In this document: piece by piece, positions 29,314-39,759 of the stretch | Layout: every line of letters starts with the position of its first letter | Position numbering within the stretch: position 1 is the first letter of the stretch | Origin: Candidatus Poribacteria bacterium | Lineage (GTDB): Bacteria; Poribacteria; WGA-4E; GCA-2687025 | Assembly (NCBI GenBank): GCA_963665845.2 | Contig: OY762492.1 | Span: forward strand, 1,248,001-1,312,000 | Direction: 5' to 3' | Length of the DNA: 64,000 bases | The notes under the pieces: model-generated | Databases searched by the model: none | The model's input: only the letters and a program-made list of their open reading frames with translations | What the model was told of the DNA's origin: nothing | Translations under genes and position numbers: made by a program

Positions 29314-30762
29314 CTATTTTTCCGACGCGCGCAGCTCAAGGATGTTGAGCGTCTGCAAGACGCCGAACGTCAGCTCCAGCGCCGTGTCCGATTCCAGCTC
29401 GCCTTGGCTTAGCTGAATGCGCCGCGCGTCCGCCGGCGTTTGTCCCAGCGTCGCGTCCAACGCGATCCATTCTCCGACATACGCTTCATGCCAAAAATGG
29501 TAGTAAAACCCGTCCTTCATCCAGACGACGCCGGACGCGATCCGCGCCGGTATGCCCGCCGCGCGCGTCAACGCAACCGCCAGCATCGTATGCTCCGTGC
29601 AGTCGCCCGTCTGCGAATCGAGCGTCTCTTTTGCCGTCGCATAACCTCGGTCGAACCGCTTCTCCTTCACATATTTGTGCGTCCACTCGGAGACGCGCTT
29701 TGCCGCTTCCCAGGCGCCCTCCGCTCCGTCCACAATTTCAGCCGCCTTGGCGCGAATCTCCGGATCGTCCGCCTGAACGTACAACGTTGACGACAAAAAC
29801 GGCGCCAGCTCCGCGCTCTTTATCGGGTAAGGTACGCTCTCCTTCGGCGGCGCGTCTCTCTTCACCTCTAGCGTCATCCAGTCGGAATCGGCAATTGGGG
29901 TCAAGGTTTGGCGGTTCGTGTTCGGCGCCGCGTTGGACAGGTCTTTTTTAAGCAGCCGCGCCTCGGCGGTAAAATGTTCGGGGTCGCTCGGCGGCGCGCC
30001 TTGGAACTCCGCCTTCGTGGAGATCACAATGTCAAAACGCCCTTCAGGGGTCTCCGTCGCCTCCTTCTCGGTCGCGCGCGCCAGACGTATCGAAAAACCT
30101 CCCAGCGGAATGATCGTCTCCAACGCGGCGCCGTCCTTGGTTATGTAGGTCGTCACCTCAATTTGAAGCTGCTCCAGCAGATAGACCGTCGCAAAGGTTT
30201 CTTCGTCCTCCGAATCGATGGCAGAGACGCGGTAGGAGATCGGACTCATCAGGTCGTAGTTGAAAGAGAAATAGGACGCCTTGTCGCCCACTTTAAAGGC
30301 GCGGTCATGCAGCAGCAACGGCAGCGCCTCTTCAAACACCGCGCCCGCCGGCATCCCAACCGTTTTTTCGTACTGCTCGCCGCCGAGCAGAATGGAGAGC
30401 TGCATCTCCTCGCCGACCGCGCGCCCTTCAACCCGTTTCTCGCCGCCCTCTTCCTGACTTATATAAGAAAAGCTGCGCGGCGCAAACGGCGGCTCCGCGT
30501 CAAAACGAACCACCCGAGTCTGTCGAACATCGACAGGGAAGCCGAAGCGGCTCAACTTCATTAAAAACTCGGTCTGTACGACAATCTCCGACTCAACCTT
30601 CTCGCTGCGGATCCACATGCTGCCGACATGGGCGCCCATGATCTCGACGCGGTACCAGTCTTCCCAGTCGACCGGAACCTTCGGCATCGCGTCCAGAGCA
30701 AACGCCGTCTGCCCCGCCCATATCATCGCCATTCCCAACAGTACCGCTGCAGCGTTTCGCAT
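29314..30762 (-). CDS. secreted transglutaminase-like protein
   Basis: Signal peptide; GDCTEH, GIPAR, YHFW.E and W..LDAT (Cys-His-Asp triad). Confidence 0.85.
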   Translation of the reverse strand: MRNAAAVLLGMAMIWAGQTAFALDAMPKVPVDWEDWYRVEIMGAHVGSMWIRSEKVESEIVVQTEFLMKLSRFGFPVDVRQTRVVRFDAEPPFAPRSFSYISQEEGGEKRVEGRAVGEEMQLSILLGGEQYEKTVGMPAGAVFEEALPLLLHDRAFKVGDKASYFSFNYDLMSPISYRVSAIDSEDEETFATVYLLEQLQIEVTTYITKDGAALETIIPLGGFSIRLARATEKEATETPEGRFDIVISTKAEFQGAPPSDPEHFTAEARLLKKDLSNAAPNTNRQTLTPIADSDWMTLEVKRDAPPKESVPYPIKSAELAPFLSSTLYVQADDPEIRAKAAEIVDGAEGAWEAAKRVSEWTHKYVKEKRFDRGYATAKETLDSQTGDCTEHTMLAVALTRAAGIPARIASGVVWMKDGFYYHFWHEAYVGEWIALDATLGQTPADARRIQLSQGELESDTALELTFGVLQTLNILELRASEK

Positions 30763-30777
30763 CGTTCTCCCAATCTC

Positions 30778-33003
30778 TTACGGCGTCGATTCGTCATCCA
30801 TCAAGGCGCGGAGCCGCGCGCGCGCCGACACCGCAAACGCGCCCGTCGCGTTCCGCTTCAACAACCGCTGATACGCATCAATGGCGCCCGTTCGGTTTCC
30901 GCTTTCATCGTAGAGCCGCCCCAGCGCGGTCAGCGCCTGCGCGCCTAAATGCCCCTCTTCTTTCGCCAGCGTCTCGTACGCGGCGGCGGCGCGCTCCGCG
31001 TCGCCCGCTTCCATCGCCGTCTCCGCCAGCAGGGAGAGCGCGTCCTGCGCGAGCGGAACCCGCTTCGCCGCCTCCGCAGCCTCCTCGCAGACCGACATCG
31101 CCTCGGTCAGTTTTCCGTTCGCGCGCAGCCGCAGCGCCGCGGCGTAAAGGCGCAGCGCTTCCGCGTTGCCTGCGCCGTTGTGTATCAAGGCGATGCGCGC
31201 CAGAGCGTCGTTCGACGACTCCGATTCAAGATAGGTTTCGGCGACCTTTTCATAAAGCGTTTCCGCCGCTTCATGCTCTCCGTTGAAGAACAGTATCTCC
31301 GCCGTTAGAAACATGCGTTTCGATTCTTTTTCAGGAAAACTGGAGCGGTTCTGAACCAGCGCAACGCCCGCCGACGCAAGATCGCCCAGGAGCAGATACG
31401 CCTCCGCTGTCAGAATCGTCAAATCCTCCAGTTGCGGCTTCAGCTGCGGCAAGGCGGACGCCTCCTGCAGATGCGCCAGCGCCAGATCGGGGCGGCGCAT
31501 TCCGCGCATATACGCCAGCGCCAGCCGCGCGTCCAGATCGGGATCCGACTGCCGAAGCGGGTCGAACTGTATCGCGGAACGGTACGCTTCCGCGCACTCT
31601 TCATACAGCCCTAGCGCCTCCTGCGCCCGCCCGACCATCGCATAACGGCGCGCGACGCCGGGCGCGGTCGGGTTCAGATCGATGGCGCCTTTCAAGAAAC
31701 GCAGAGCCTCCTTCTGCCGCTCCTTTTCGATGAGCGTTTCGCCAAACTGCTCCATCGCCGCAACCGAGTCGATGCGTCCATGGAGCGCTTTTAGTCGGTT
31801 CAAACTTTCCTCGTACTCTTCAGCTAAAAACGCGAAATCCGCCGCTGTCAATTGCGCTGTCAGATCCTGCGAACGGTCCGCCTCCCCGCTCAAACGTTCA
31901 TACTCTTGACGGAGCCGATCCGCCGGCAGCATTTCCTTGACCGCCTCTAAAATCGGGCGGCGCGCCGCGTAGCTGAAACCGAGATGGGGCAGCGAACGCA
32001 TATACACCTCAAACGCCTTGTCCGTTTGACCCATGATCTGGTACACGTTTGCAATGCGCGTGTAGAGATACGAGAAGGTGGGCTGCAGCGCCGAGGCGCG
32101 TTCGTACTGCTCAACCGCGTCTTCAAAAAAGCCATGCCTTTGAAATAGATACCCCAGCTGCATCCGCTGGCTGTACTGCTCGTTGTCGGCGTCCACGGTG
32201 CGCAGCCATGCCTCGCGCGCTTTTTCTCGGTCGCCTTTTGCGGCGTAGGCTCCGCCAAGCGATTCCAGCAGGTTCGAGTCGCCGGGGCGCCGCTCAAGAG
32301 CCTTTTCTAATAGGCGCACCGCGTCGTCCATACGCCCCTGCTGCTGGTACACTTCCGCCAACTGATCCAGCAGGCTCGCATTGTTCGGCGTCATGCCGAG
32401 CCGTTTTGTGAGAAGCGCCTCCGCTTTCTCCGCTTCTCCCGACTGTATCAGGAGGCTTGTGAGACGGCCGACCGCGCTGCTGAAGTACATTGAGTTCGGG
32501 TACTGCTCAATAAACGATTCGTACGCATTCGCCGATTTCTCCGGTTTCGCCCCGCCCATCTCCAGATAGGTTCCCAACGAATAGTGGGCGTATTCCGCGG
32601 CGGTCGTGTTCGGATAAGCGCGGATCAGGTTTTCGCACATCGTCTGCGCTTCCGTATACTGATAACGGCGGAGATACATATTTCCCCAGAGCGAGACGAT
32701 AGAGTAGATGTAGGAGTCGTCCGGTCCCGCCTCAACGCCCTTCGCATACGCCTTGCGGGCGTTTTCCAGTTCTTCCAAGTTGCCGTATGCCTGTCCGAGG
32801 CGCATATAGATACGGGTTAGGTACCTGTAGTCAGGATTTTCGGACGCAAAGGTTTCATACGCCGCCGCCGCTTCCCGCCATTTCGCCTGCGAATACAGCT
32901 GGTCTGCATGCGTCGGCTCGCTCTCCTGCGCATACGCCGGCATAAGGGCGCCGATCAACAGCGCGCATACGCAAACGAGGCGAATCTGAACCGCAGCCGT
33001 CAT
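30778..33003 (-). CDS. exported tetratricopeptide-repeat protein
   Basis: Signal peptide (AYA|Q) and multiple TPR-like helical repeats; start at MTAAVQ. Confidence 0.85.
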   Translation of the reverse strand: MTAAVQIRLVCVCALLIGALMPAYAQESEPTHADQLYSQAKWREAAAAYETFASENPDYRYLTRIYMRLGQAYGNLEELENARKAYAKGVEAGPDDSYIYSIVSLWGNMYLRRYQYTEAQTMCENLIRAYPNTTAAEYAHYSLGTYLEMGGAKPEKSANAYESFIEQYPNSMYFSSAVGRLTSLLIQSGEAEKAEALLTKRLGMTPNNASLLDQLAEVYQQQGRMDDAVRLLEKALERRPGDSNLLESLGGAYAAKGDREKAREAWLRTVDADNEQYSQRMQLGYLFQRHGFFEDAVEQYERASALQPTFSYLYTRIANVYQIMGQTDKAFEVYMRSLPHLGFSYAARRPILEAVKEMLPADRLRQEYERLSGEADRSQDLTAQLTAADFAFLAEEYEESLNRLKALHGRIDSVAAMEQFGETLIEKERQKEALRFLKGAIDLNPTAPGVARRYAMVGRAQEALGLYEECAEAYRSAIQFDPLRQSDPDLDARLALAYMRGMRRPDLALAHLQEASALPQLKPQLEDLTILTAEAYLLLGDLASAGVALVQNRSSFPEKESKRMFLTAEILFFNGEHEAAETLYEKVAETYLESESSNDALARIALIHNGAGNAEALRLYAAALRLRANGKLTEAMSVCEEAAEAAKRVPLAQDALSLLAETAMEAGDAERAAAAYETLAKEEGHLGAQALTALGRLYDESGNRTGAIDAYQRLLKRNATGAFAVSARARLRALMDDESTP

Positions 33004-33026
33004 GGGCGTCTCTCTGTAAGCGGCCG

Positions 33027-34379
33027 TTAGATGTTGAACACTCCTGGGAGAACCCAGACATATTTCACCGCCAGCGTCCAGCGCAATGCCATCTTGATGG
33101 GAACGCCGAGCATGATCAAAAGCAGGTTTGAAACGATGAAAAAGCGCAGCAGTCCGAGGTCCGCCACTTTTGAGACGATCCATTCAGGGATCGTTTCCAT
33201 GACCGCGGCGCGCCAACGCTCCCAGTTTTCTCGACGCCTCAAATGCAGCAGCAGCCACAAGAGAAGCGCCGCCGTCAAGACGGTTGCCATCGAGAACAGA
33301 AACGCCGCATACGCCCCCAACAGCAGCAGACAAAGGAGAAAACCAGCCGCCCCCAGCGACGGAATCCTCAAGAGTCCCAAGAAGATCAACGCCGGCAATT
33401 TCATCGACCAGATAAACAGGTCTAGCGCCAAGCCTGTCGGCGTCATTTTTTGCGGATCGGTTCCGGCGATCCAGTCGACCGTCAGGAGCGGGGAGCCGTC
33501 TCGAATGCGGCTCGTTTCAGGGTCGACGATCTCGCGCCGGCGAAGGACGCGCCTGCCGTAAAGATACCCCATCGGCGCCAGTCCGAGGTAACCCATCACC
33601 GCCGCGGCTCCGATCAGAATGCCGAGCGGTTTTTGGGCGTCAAAATGGGACGCGACGGCGACGCCGCCTTCCATGTTCAGGGCGTCCATGATGCCGGCGA
33701 CCCATGATCCGATCAGGTTCGACATATCGACGTTGTTGAGCGGGACGATCTTATGCGGGTCCCACGTTTCAAACAGGCCGAAGAAGTTCCAGCCCGGTCC
33801 GCGAAGGAAGGTGCCGATGAAGATCTGGGCGCACCATAAGACGAAGAAGCCGAAAAAGAAGACCGCAATCGCAAAGGGGCGCTCCCGCACCGTGTAGTAG
33901 CCCGACCCCGACTCGTTTGAATCCACATACGGGATCGCAATCAGACCCATGATAATGAGTCCGGGCAGGACGACGCCCGCAAACCATGGGTCGAAATAGA
34001 CCAGCATCTCCTGCAAGCCTAGAAAATACCATGGCGCTTTGGAGGGGTTCGGCGTTGTGGACGGATCGGCAGGCTCCTCCAGCGGCGCGTCCAGCGCGAC
34101 CGACCAGACCGTCATGATGACCATGACGATGATCAGCGCCAGGAACTCAAGGCGCGTCAGATAGGGCCAGGTTTGCGTCTTCTCGCCGGACTGCTCAATG
34201 AGGGGAAGTCCGGCGCGCCGCCGCCGGTCGTTCTCCATTCCCTGAACGATTCCCCAGCCGGTAAAGAAGGCGAGCAGCGGGTAAAGACCCAGAACAGGCA
34301 CATTGTCCGGCTTGCTGATGATGAGCCAGAAGTTGTTGAAGTCAAGGTCTTGGATTGCATGTACGATGGCGTCGATCAC
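33027..34379 (-). CDS. cytochrome b subunit IV-like (C-terminal half) protein with extra TM helices
   Basis: APLEEPADP..TPNPSKAPWYFLGLQE (PEWY-equivalent); follows cytochrome b6. Confidence 0.82.
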   Translation of the reverse strand: MIDAIVHAIQDLDFNNFWLIISKPDNVPVLGLYPLLAFFTGWGIVQGMENDRRRRAGLPLIEQSGEKTQTWPYLTRLEFLALIIVMVIMTVWSVALDAPLEEPADPSTTPNPSKAPWYFLGLQEMLVYFDPWFAGVVLPGLIIMGLIAIPYVDSNESGSGYYTVRERPFAIAVFFFGFFVLWCAQIFIGTFLRGPGWNFFGLFETWDPHKIVPLNNVDMSNLIGSWVAGIMDALNMEGGVAVASHFDAQKPLGILIGAAAVMGYLGLAPMGYLYGRRVLRRREIVDPETSRIRDGSPLLTVDWIAGTDPQKMTPTGLALDLFIWSMKLPALIFLGLLRIPSLGAAGFLLCLLLLGAYAAFLFSMATVLTAALLLWLLLHLRRRENWERWRAAVMETIPEWIVSKVADLGLLRFFIVSNLLLIMLGVPIKMALRWTLAVKYVWVLPGVFNI

Positions 34380-34395
34380 GTATTCTTCTCCAGCC

Positions 34396-34560
34396 TCAAA
34401 CTGCCCACACGGTCAAAACGATCAGCAGCAATATCAGCAGCGCCGCAACGGCGGCTATAACAACGGCGCAGCCCCAGCAGCCGCCCCGGCAGCCTTCCCG
34501 TCCAAAAAGCGCATAGACAATCAACACAACCAAGCATGCGCCGACCATCAATTCGAGCAT
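34396..34560 (-). CDS. 54-aa two-TM microprotein with CxxxCxxC loop (absent from the ORF track)
   Basis: MLELMVGACLVVLIVYALFGREGCRGGCWGCAVVIAAVAALLILLLIVLTVWAV; AAGGAG RBS; fills the operon gap. Confidence 0.7.
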   Translation of the reverse strand: MLELMVGACLVVLIVYALFGREGCRGGCWGCAVVIAAVAALLILLLIVLTVWAV

Positions 34561-34587
34561 CGCTTGAACGCTCCTTTTTCGACATTC

Positions 34588-35355
34588 TCACATCGGCCCC
34601 GATATGCCGCCGTCCTTGCGGACGCGCCAAAAGTGAACCGCCATCAAAATGGAGGCGATCAACGGGACAAAAATGCAGTGAAGCACATAAAAGCGCAGCA
34701 GGGCGACCTCGCCGACCGTCGTACCCCCCAGCAGCACAAAGCGGATGTCGTTCGCCTGCGTCACAAACTCCGGCGTCAGCGGACCCTCCGCGCCGATGCC
34801 TGGATGCGACTTCGCCATCGTGGTGCCGACCGTCACCGCCCAGTACGCCAGCTGATCCCACGGCAGGAGATAGCCCGTGAAGCTCAAAAACAGCGTCAAC
34901 ACGAGCAGCACGACGCCGACGCCCCAGTTGAACTCGCGCGGCTTCTTATACGAGCCTGTCATGAAGACGCGCAGCATATGCAGCCAGATTGCAATCACCA
35001 TCCCATGCGCTGCCCAGCGGTGCATGTTCCGCAGCAGCGGACCGAAGGAGACGTCAAACGCCAGATGCGTGATGTCTGTGTAGGCGTACTCCGGCGTCGG
35101 GCGGTAGTAAAACATGAGCAGGACGCCCGTGACGGTACAGATGAGAAACATCAGAAAGGTGATGCCGCCCATGCACCATGTAAAACGTATCTTCGTCGCG
35201 TGGCGGGCGACCGAGACCGGATGGAGATGCAGGAAAACGTTGTTGAGAATCTGCAAAGCGCGGTTGCGCCGAGTGTCTTTGTAGTCGTGCCGAAACATCG
35301 ACTTCCAGACCTGCGATCCGGTGATTGAGTCTTTCAGATTCTGCCAAAACGCCAT
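34588..35355 (-). CDS. cytochrome b6-type (N-terminal half) of a Rieske/cytb complex
   Basis: [41 protein letters not shown] and RFY.LH; TWCMGG heme-ci Cys. Confidence 0.92.
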   Translation of the reverse strand: MAFWQNLKDSITGSQVWKSMFRHDYKDTRRNRALQILNNVFLHLHPVSVARHATKIRFTWCMGGITFLMFLICTVTGVLLMFYYRPTPEYAYTDITHLAFDVSFGPLLRNMHRWAAHGMVIAIWLHMLRVFMTGSYKKPREFNWGVGVVLLVLTLFLSFTGYLLPWDQLAYWAVTVGTTMAKSHPGIGAEGPLTPEFVTQANDIRFVLLGGTTVGEVALLRFYVLHCIFVPLIASILMAVHFWRVRKDGGISGPM

Positions 35356-35398
35356 GATTCTCCTCTCGCCAGTATCAATGTTCTCATTTCAAGCGCCG

Positions 35399-35923
35399 TT
35401 ATGCGACCGGGCGCGGCGTCTCGATGATGCTCCGCGCGTCGGACCATTGCCCCTTCTCTTCTCGGTACCGCTGCGCCTTGTCGATGACGACCTGCCCCTC
35501 CAGCATCTGAATCGCCAGCTTTTCAAGCGGACGCGGCGCTGGACCTTCAAAGTTGACGCCGTACGGATAAAATCCGCTGCCGTGGCATGGGCATTTGAAT
35601 TTGCCCTCGTTTTCAAGCCAGCGCGGGGTGCAGCCCAGATGGGTGCATTGCGCATAAAAGGCGTAGATGCCATGCTTGCCGGTCGTCGGGTCGTCGCCAT
35701 GGACGATCCAGACCCGCTCGGTCGTCTTGTAGTTTTCATACACGCGGATGCGCCCGCCCGGATCCGGCGGGTAGTTGGAGGGCGGACCCGCCTTGAACTC
35801 CGTCGCCGGCTCATAAAGCGCGCGGGGGAAAAGAAACTTGACAAGGAGAAACAAGGAGCTCCCCGCCATACCCGCGAGCGTTCCGATCCAGCCAAACGCC
35901 TTGAAAAATTTTCGCCGACCCAT
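35399..35923 (-). CDS. Rieske iron-sulfur subunit
   Basis: Tat-like RRKFF, CTHLGC, CPCHGS and GPAPRPL; GGAGGAG RBS before 35923. Confidence 0.93.
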   Translation of the reverse strand: MGRRKFFKAFGWIGTLAGMAGSSLFLLVKFLFPRALYEPATEFKAGPPSNYPPDPGGRIRVYENYKTTERVWIVHGDDPTTGKHGIYAFYAQCTHLGCTPRWLENEGKFKCPCHGSGFYPYGVNFEGPAPRPLEKLAIQMLEGQVVIDKAQRYREEKGQWSDARSIIETPRPVA

Positions 35924-36036
35924 CGCTCCTCCGTAAATTTCTACACCGTCCAACGTCCGTCCAGGCGCGTTGCGCGATAATCGCCGCCAACGCATATTGT
36001 TCCATACTCTTGCCATGCGCGTCAACTGTTTTTTTT

Positions 36037-36203
36037 CTGACCCTGCATCTTTAGTTGGAACATGGCGGCGGGTGGACGCGGACGTCGTCTGCGGCGCCCC
36101 TAGATTCCCGCTTGCGCGGGAATGACGACCTGGTTGATGGCGCTTTTTCCCATGAATAGAGCGGTCATTCGTTCAGATGTCCCAACTTTCAGCATGAGGT
36201 CGG
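36037..36203 (+). mobile_element. full-length ~167-bp MITE
   Basis: ctgaccctgcatctttagttggaacat ... atgtcccaactttcagcatgaggtcgg, with internal hairpin gattcccgcttgcgcgggaatgac. Confidence 0.8.
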
Positions 36204-36214
36204 AAAGAAGAATG

Positions 36215-36243
36215 TTGCCGTACGCCGCCGTATCCTGTATGAT
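36215..36243 (+). promoter_or_regulatory. sigma70-like promoter
   Basis: TTGCCG-17 nt-TATGAT. Confidence 0.62.
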
Positions 36244-36276
36244 TGTATATGCGACTTCAGAACACAGGAAAGAAAA

Positions 36277-36849
36277 ATGAACGCAATCCCGAAGCTTTTT
36301 TTGACGACCGCTCTTGCCTTCGCCATCGCCCTCGCCAGCTGCGGCGATACTAAAGACCCTGTCGAGCCGATCGATCCCGGTCCGCAGGATCCCTGGGACG
36401 GACCATGGGGCATCCTCTCCGTCGACAATGTTCGCCCCAGCTCCGTCAACTCCACCTGGTTTGTTGAAGACAACGATGTTGGCTCCTTCACCAACAATGT
36501 CTCGTTTTACGCAAAGAGCCTGAAGTATGTGATCCGCCTCACATGGACCTACACACATGTTGACGGAACCCGTATGCCGACCGGCTCCAAAGTCGTTTAT
36601 ACGCAGGAAGGCTCCTACACGCGCGACGATCAAAATTACACGCTCACCGCCAATAACGACGGCTCCGTCAATGTCGCCTCCGCCATTAGGGTGCTGGACA
36701 ACTTCGTCGTCGGGGAAAGCTTTTTTAAGGCGGAAGGGATGAAATGGGCGACGCAAGGGACCGAGTCCGGAACCTGGAAACGCGAAGGAACCGTTCTCAC
36801 CCTGACAAGCGACGGCGGGCTGATACGCGAATTTAAAAGCCGGCGCTAG
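36277..36849 (+). CDS. putative lipoprotein (lipocalin-like beta barrel)
   Basis: Lipobox LASC; G.W near the N-terminus and GTW.REGT.LTLT near the C-terminus. Confidence 0.7.
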   Translation: MNAIPKLFLTTALAFAIALASCGDTKDPVEPIDPGPQDPWDGPWGILSVDNVRPSSVNSTWFVEDNDVGSFTNNVSFYAKSLKYVIRLTWTYTHVDGTRMPTGSKVVYTQEGSYTRDDQNYTLTANNDGSVNVASAIRVLDNFVVGESFFKAEGMKWATQGTESGTWKREGTVLTLTSDGGLIREFKSRR

Positions 36850-36896
36850 GGCATGACGACCTGCGCGGAGCCGAACCATAGAACCGCGAGACTCCG

Positions 36897-38249
36897 ATGC
36901 GCGCTGTGATCGTTGGAGCCGGCGAGATCGGTTACCATATCGCAAAAGCGCTCACCGACGAGCAATGCGATGTCGTCCTGATCGACAAGTCCAAAGAGGC
37001 GCTGCATAGAGTCGAAGAGCGGCTGGATCTGATGACGATCCACGGCTCCGGCTCGTCGCCTGTCATTCTGGAGAGGGCGGGCATTTCCTCCGCCGACTTC
37101 TCCATCGCCGTAACCCATGACGACGATGTGAATGTGATCGCCTCCATCGTCGCGCAAAAAAGCGGCGTTTTGACAAAGATCGCGCGCGTCTCGTCGTTGA
37201 ACTACTTCTCAAAGCAGTCGATACTCGCCCCCTCCGATGTCGGCATTGATCTGCTTGTGAACCCTGAAATGCTGTCGGCGGAGGAGTTTCTGCGCCTGCT
37301 TTCCGCGCCGGAAGCGCGGGAGCTGGTCGAATTCGCCCAAGGGCGCGTGCAGTTGATCGCCTTTGAGGTGCGCCCCGACAACAACCTGCGCAACCATTCC
37401 ATCGAAGACCTGCGCAAGAATATCATTCGCCGAGACCTGCTTTTCGCCGCCATCAAAAAGCCGGACGGCTCCGTCGTCATACCTAAAGGAAGCGATGTGA
37501 TTCGCGGCGGAGACGAGCTGTTTGCGGTCGGAAGCGGCGAGAGCGTCGCCCATCTGATGAGCTGCTCAGGCGCCAGCCGCATCGCCTTGGAGCGGGTCGT
37601 CATCAACGGGGCGGGGCGAATCGGCCTCGCGCTCGGTCGGTTGGTTGAAAAGAGCGGCGCCAAAGCGGTCGTCATCGAAAAAGACCGCGCCGCCGCCCAA
37701 GCCGCCGCCGAGCAGCTCGCCAGAGCGGATGTCATCCACGGCGACGTCCATGACGAAGAGGTTTTGGAAGACGCGGCGGTGGACGCCGCGGACGGGTTCG
37801 TCTCCGTCACCGGCGACGACGACAGCGACGTCATGGCATGCGTCTCCTCCAAGAAGAAGGGCTGCCCCCGCGTCCTGACGCTGATCCAAAAGCCCCGCTA
37901 TCTTCCGATCATCAAGTCGATACCGATGCTGGACGGCGCTGTCAGCCGGCACCTTGCCGCCGTCGGAGCGGCGCTGAAACTGATTCGCAGGGGCAATGTG
38001 ATCTCCGTCGCCGCGCTTCATGAAATCGACGCCGAGGCGCTGGAGCTGGTCGCGCGGCGAACCGCCAGAGTCGCCGGCAAGGAGCTTTCCAGCCTCGACA
38101 TGCCGGAGGACGCGATCATCGGAGCCATCGTGCGCGACGGAATGGTCATCATTCCGAAAGGCTCCGACGCGATCATGCCGGACGACCGCGTCGTCGTCTT
38201 CTGCCTGCCGCATGCGATACAGCCGGTGGAGCGGCTCTTTTCAGGTTAG
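36897..38249 (+). CDS. trkA: Trk potassium uptake regulatory subunit
   Basis: Two RCK domains (GAGEIG, GAGRIG) and TrkA_C domains. Confidence 0.93.
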   Translation: MRAVIVGAGEIGYHIAKALTDEQCDVVLIDKSKEALHRVEERLDLMTIHGSGSSPVILERAGISSADFSIAVTHDDDVNVIASIVAQKSGVLTKIARVSSLNYFSKQSILAPSDVGIDLLVNPEMLSAEEFLRLLSAPEARELVEFAQGRVQLIAFEVRPDNNLRNHSIEDLRKNIIRRDLLFAAIKKPDGSVVIPKGSDVIRGGDELFAVGSGESVAHLMSCSGASRIALERVVINGAGRIGLALGRLVEKSGAKAVVIEKDRAAAQAAAEQLARADVIHGDVHDEEVLEDAAVDAADGFVSVTGDDDSDVMACVSSKKKGCPRVLTLIQKPRYLPIIKSIPMLDGAVSRHLAAVGAALKLIRRGNVISVAALHEIDAEALELVARRTARVAGKELSSLDMPEDAIIGAIVRDGMVIIPKGSDAIMPDDRVVVFCLPHAIQPVERLFSG

Positions 38250-38259
38250 AGGCTCGGCT

Positions 38260-39759
38260 GTGAACAAAAAAGTTGTCGCCTACACCCTCAGCAACCTGCT
38301 GCTTTTTCTTGCCGCCGCTCTTGCCGCGCCTCTTTTCGTCGCCGTTTACTATAGCCGCGTTCACGGAGAGACCGGCGTCGCTTCGTTCCTTTTGTCGATT
38401 GTTGTGGCCGCTGTAGTCGGTTTCGCCGGACGGATCATTTTAAAGGGAAACGCGGAGCTGCGAAACCGCGAAGGGATTGCCGCCGTCGCTCTCGGTTGGA
38501 CGGCGGTCGCGCTGTTCGGCGCTTTGCCGTTTCTGTTTGAGGGCGTCTTTGCCGAACCTGGACGCAGCAAATTTGAAGAGCTTGTCTTTTGCTTTTTTGA
38601 ATCGATCTCTGGGTTCACGACGACCGGCGCCACCGTCCTGACCGACATCGAATCGGTCCCCCATGCCGTTCTTTTTTGGAGAAGCTTGACCCACTGGCTC
38701 GGCGGAATGGGCATCGTGGTGCTGGCGGTCGCGATCCTGCCGCTTCTCGGCGTCGGCGGAATGCAGCTGTACCGCGCTGAAGCTCCCGGACCCGAAACGG
38801 ACCGCCTCACCCCCCGCATCGCGCAGACCGCCAAGCTCATGTGGGGGATCTATGCGGTCGTCTCCGCCGCCGAGTTCATCCTGCTCTGGGCGGGCGGAAT
38901 GGCGCCCTTCGACGCCGCCTGCCACACCTTCGGAACCATGGCGACCGGCGGATTCTCCACCAAAAATGGAAGCATTCAGCATTACAACAGCCTCTATTTC
39001 GACCTCGTCATTCTTGTTTTCATGTTTCTGGCGGGAACCAACTTTGCGCTCCATCTGAAACTGATACGCGGCGACTTCAAGGCGCATATTCAAGACTCCG
39101 AATTCCGCTTCTACGCCGCCGTCTTCGCCGGCGCCGTCCTGCTGATCATATGGAACGTCATGCGCCCCTCCAACGGCGGCGCGCCCGTCTACGACTCGCT
39201 TCCCGAAGCGGCGCGGTATGCTTCGTTTCAGGTTGGAACGATCCTCACCACCACGGGCTACGCCACCGCCGACTTTGAGATGTGGCCCGCCTTGTCGCAG
39301 GCGCTTCTCGTGATACTCATGCTGTTTGGAGGATGCGCAGGCTCCACCGCCGGCGGCATGAAACATATCCGCATGATGCTGCTTCTCAAGCACGGGTATG
39401 TGGAGGTGAAACGGCTCATCAAGCCCAGATCGGTCATCGCGATTCGGGTCGGCGGCAGGGTCGTCTCGCCCGACATTATGCGAAACATACTCGGTTTCTT
39501 TTTTCTGTTTATGGCGCTTTTCGCCGTCGCAACCTGCTTTATGGCGGCGCTCGGCATGGACATTGTCAGCGCCGGCAGCTCCGTCATTGCGGCGATGTTC
39601 AATATCGGACCGGGGCTTGGAACGGTCGGTCCCACCGACAATTACGCGCACATACCGACGCTCGGCAAATGCGCGCTCTCCTTCTGTATGCTGCTGGGGC
39701 GTTTGGAGCTGTTTACGGTTCTGGCGCTCTTCATGCCTCAACTGTGGAAACGGCGATGA
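38260..39759 (+). CDS. trkH: Trk potassium uptake permease
   Basis: FES.SGFTTTG, WLGGMG, TGGFS, TTTGY, GGCAGST.GG.K, NIGPG and MLLGRLE; GTG start. Confidence 0.94.
   Translation: MNKKVVAYTLSNLLLFLAAALAAPLFVAVYYSRVHGETGVASFLLSIVVAAVVGFAGRIILKGNAELRNREGIAAVALGWTAVALFGALPFLFEGVFAEPGRSKFEELVFCFFESISGFTTTGATVLTDIESVPHAVLFWRSLTHWLGGMGIVVLAVAILPLLGVGGMQLYRAEAPGPETDRLTPRIAQTAKLMWGIYAVVSAAEFILLWAGGMAPFDAACHTFGTMATGGFSTKNGSIQHYNSLYFDLVILVFMFLAGTNFALHLKLIRGDFKAHIQDSEFRFYAAVFAGAVLLIIWNVMRPSNGGAPVYDSLPEAARYASFQVGTILTTTGYATADFEMWPALSQALLVILMLFGGCAGSTAGGMKHIRMMLLLKHGYVEVKRLIKPRSVIAIRVGGRVVSPDIMRNILGFFFLFMALFAVATCFMAALGMDIVSAGSSVIAAMFNIGPGLGTVGPTDNYAHIPTLGKCALSFCMLLGRLELFTVLALFMPQLWKRR

Noticed and set aside
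34376-34861. 161-aa minus-strand ORF bridging the cytochrome b genes
   Set aside because: It overlaps cytochrome b6 out of frame. The 54-aa ORF in another frame has a better RBS and composition.
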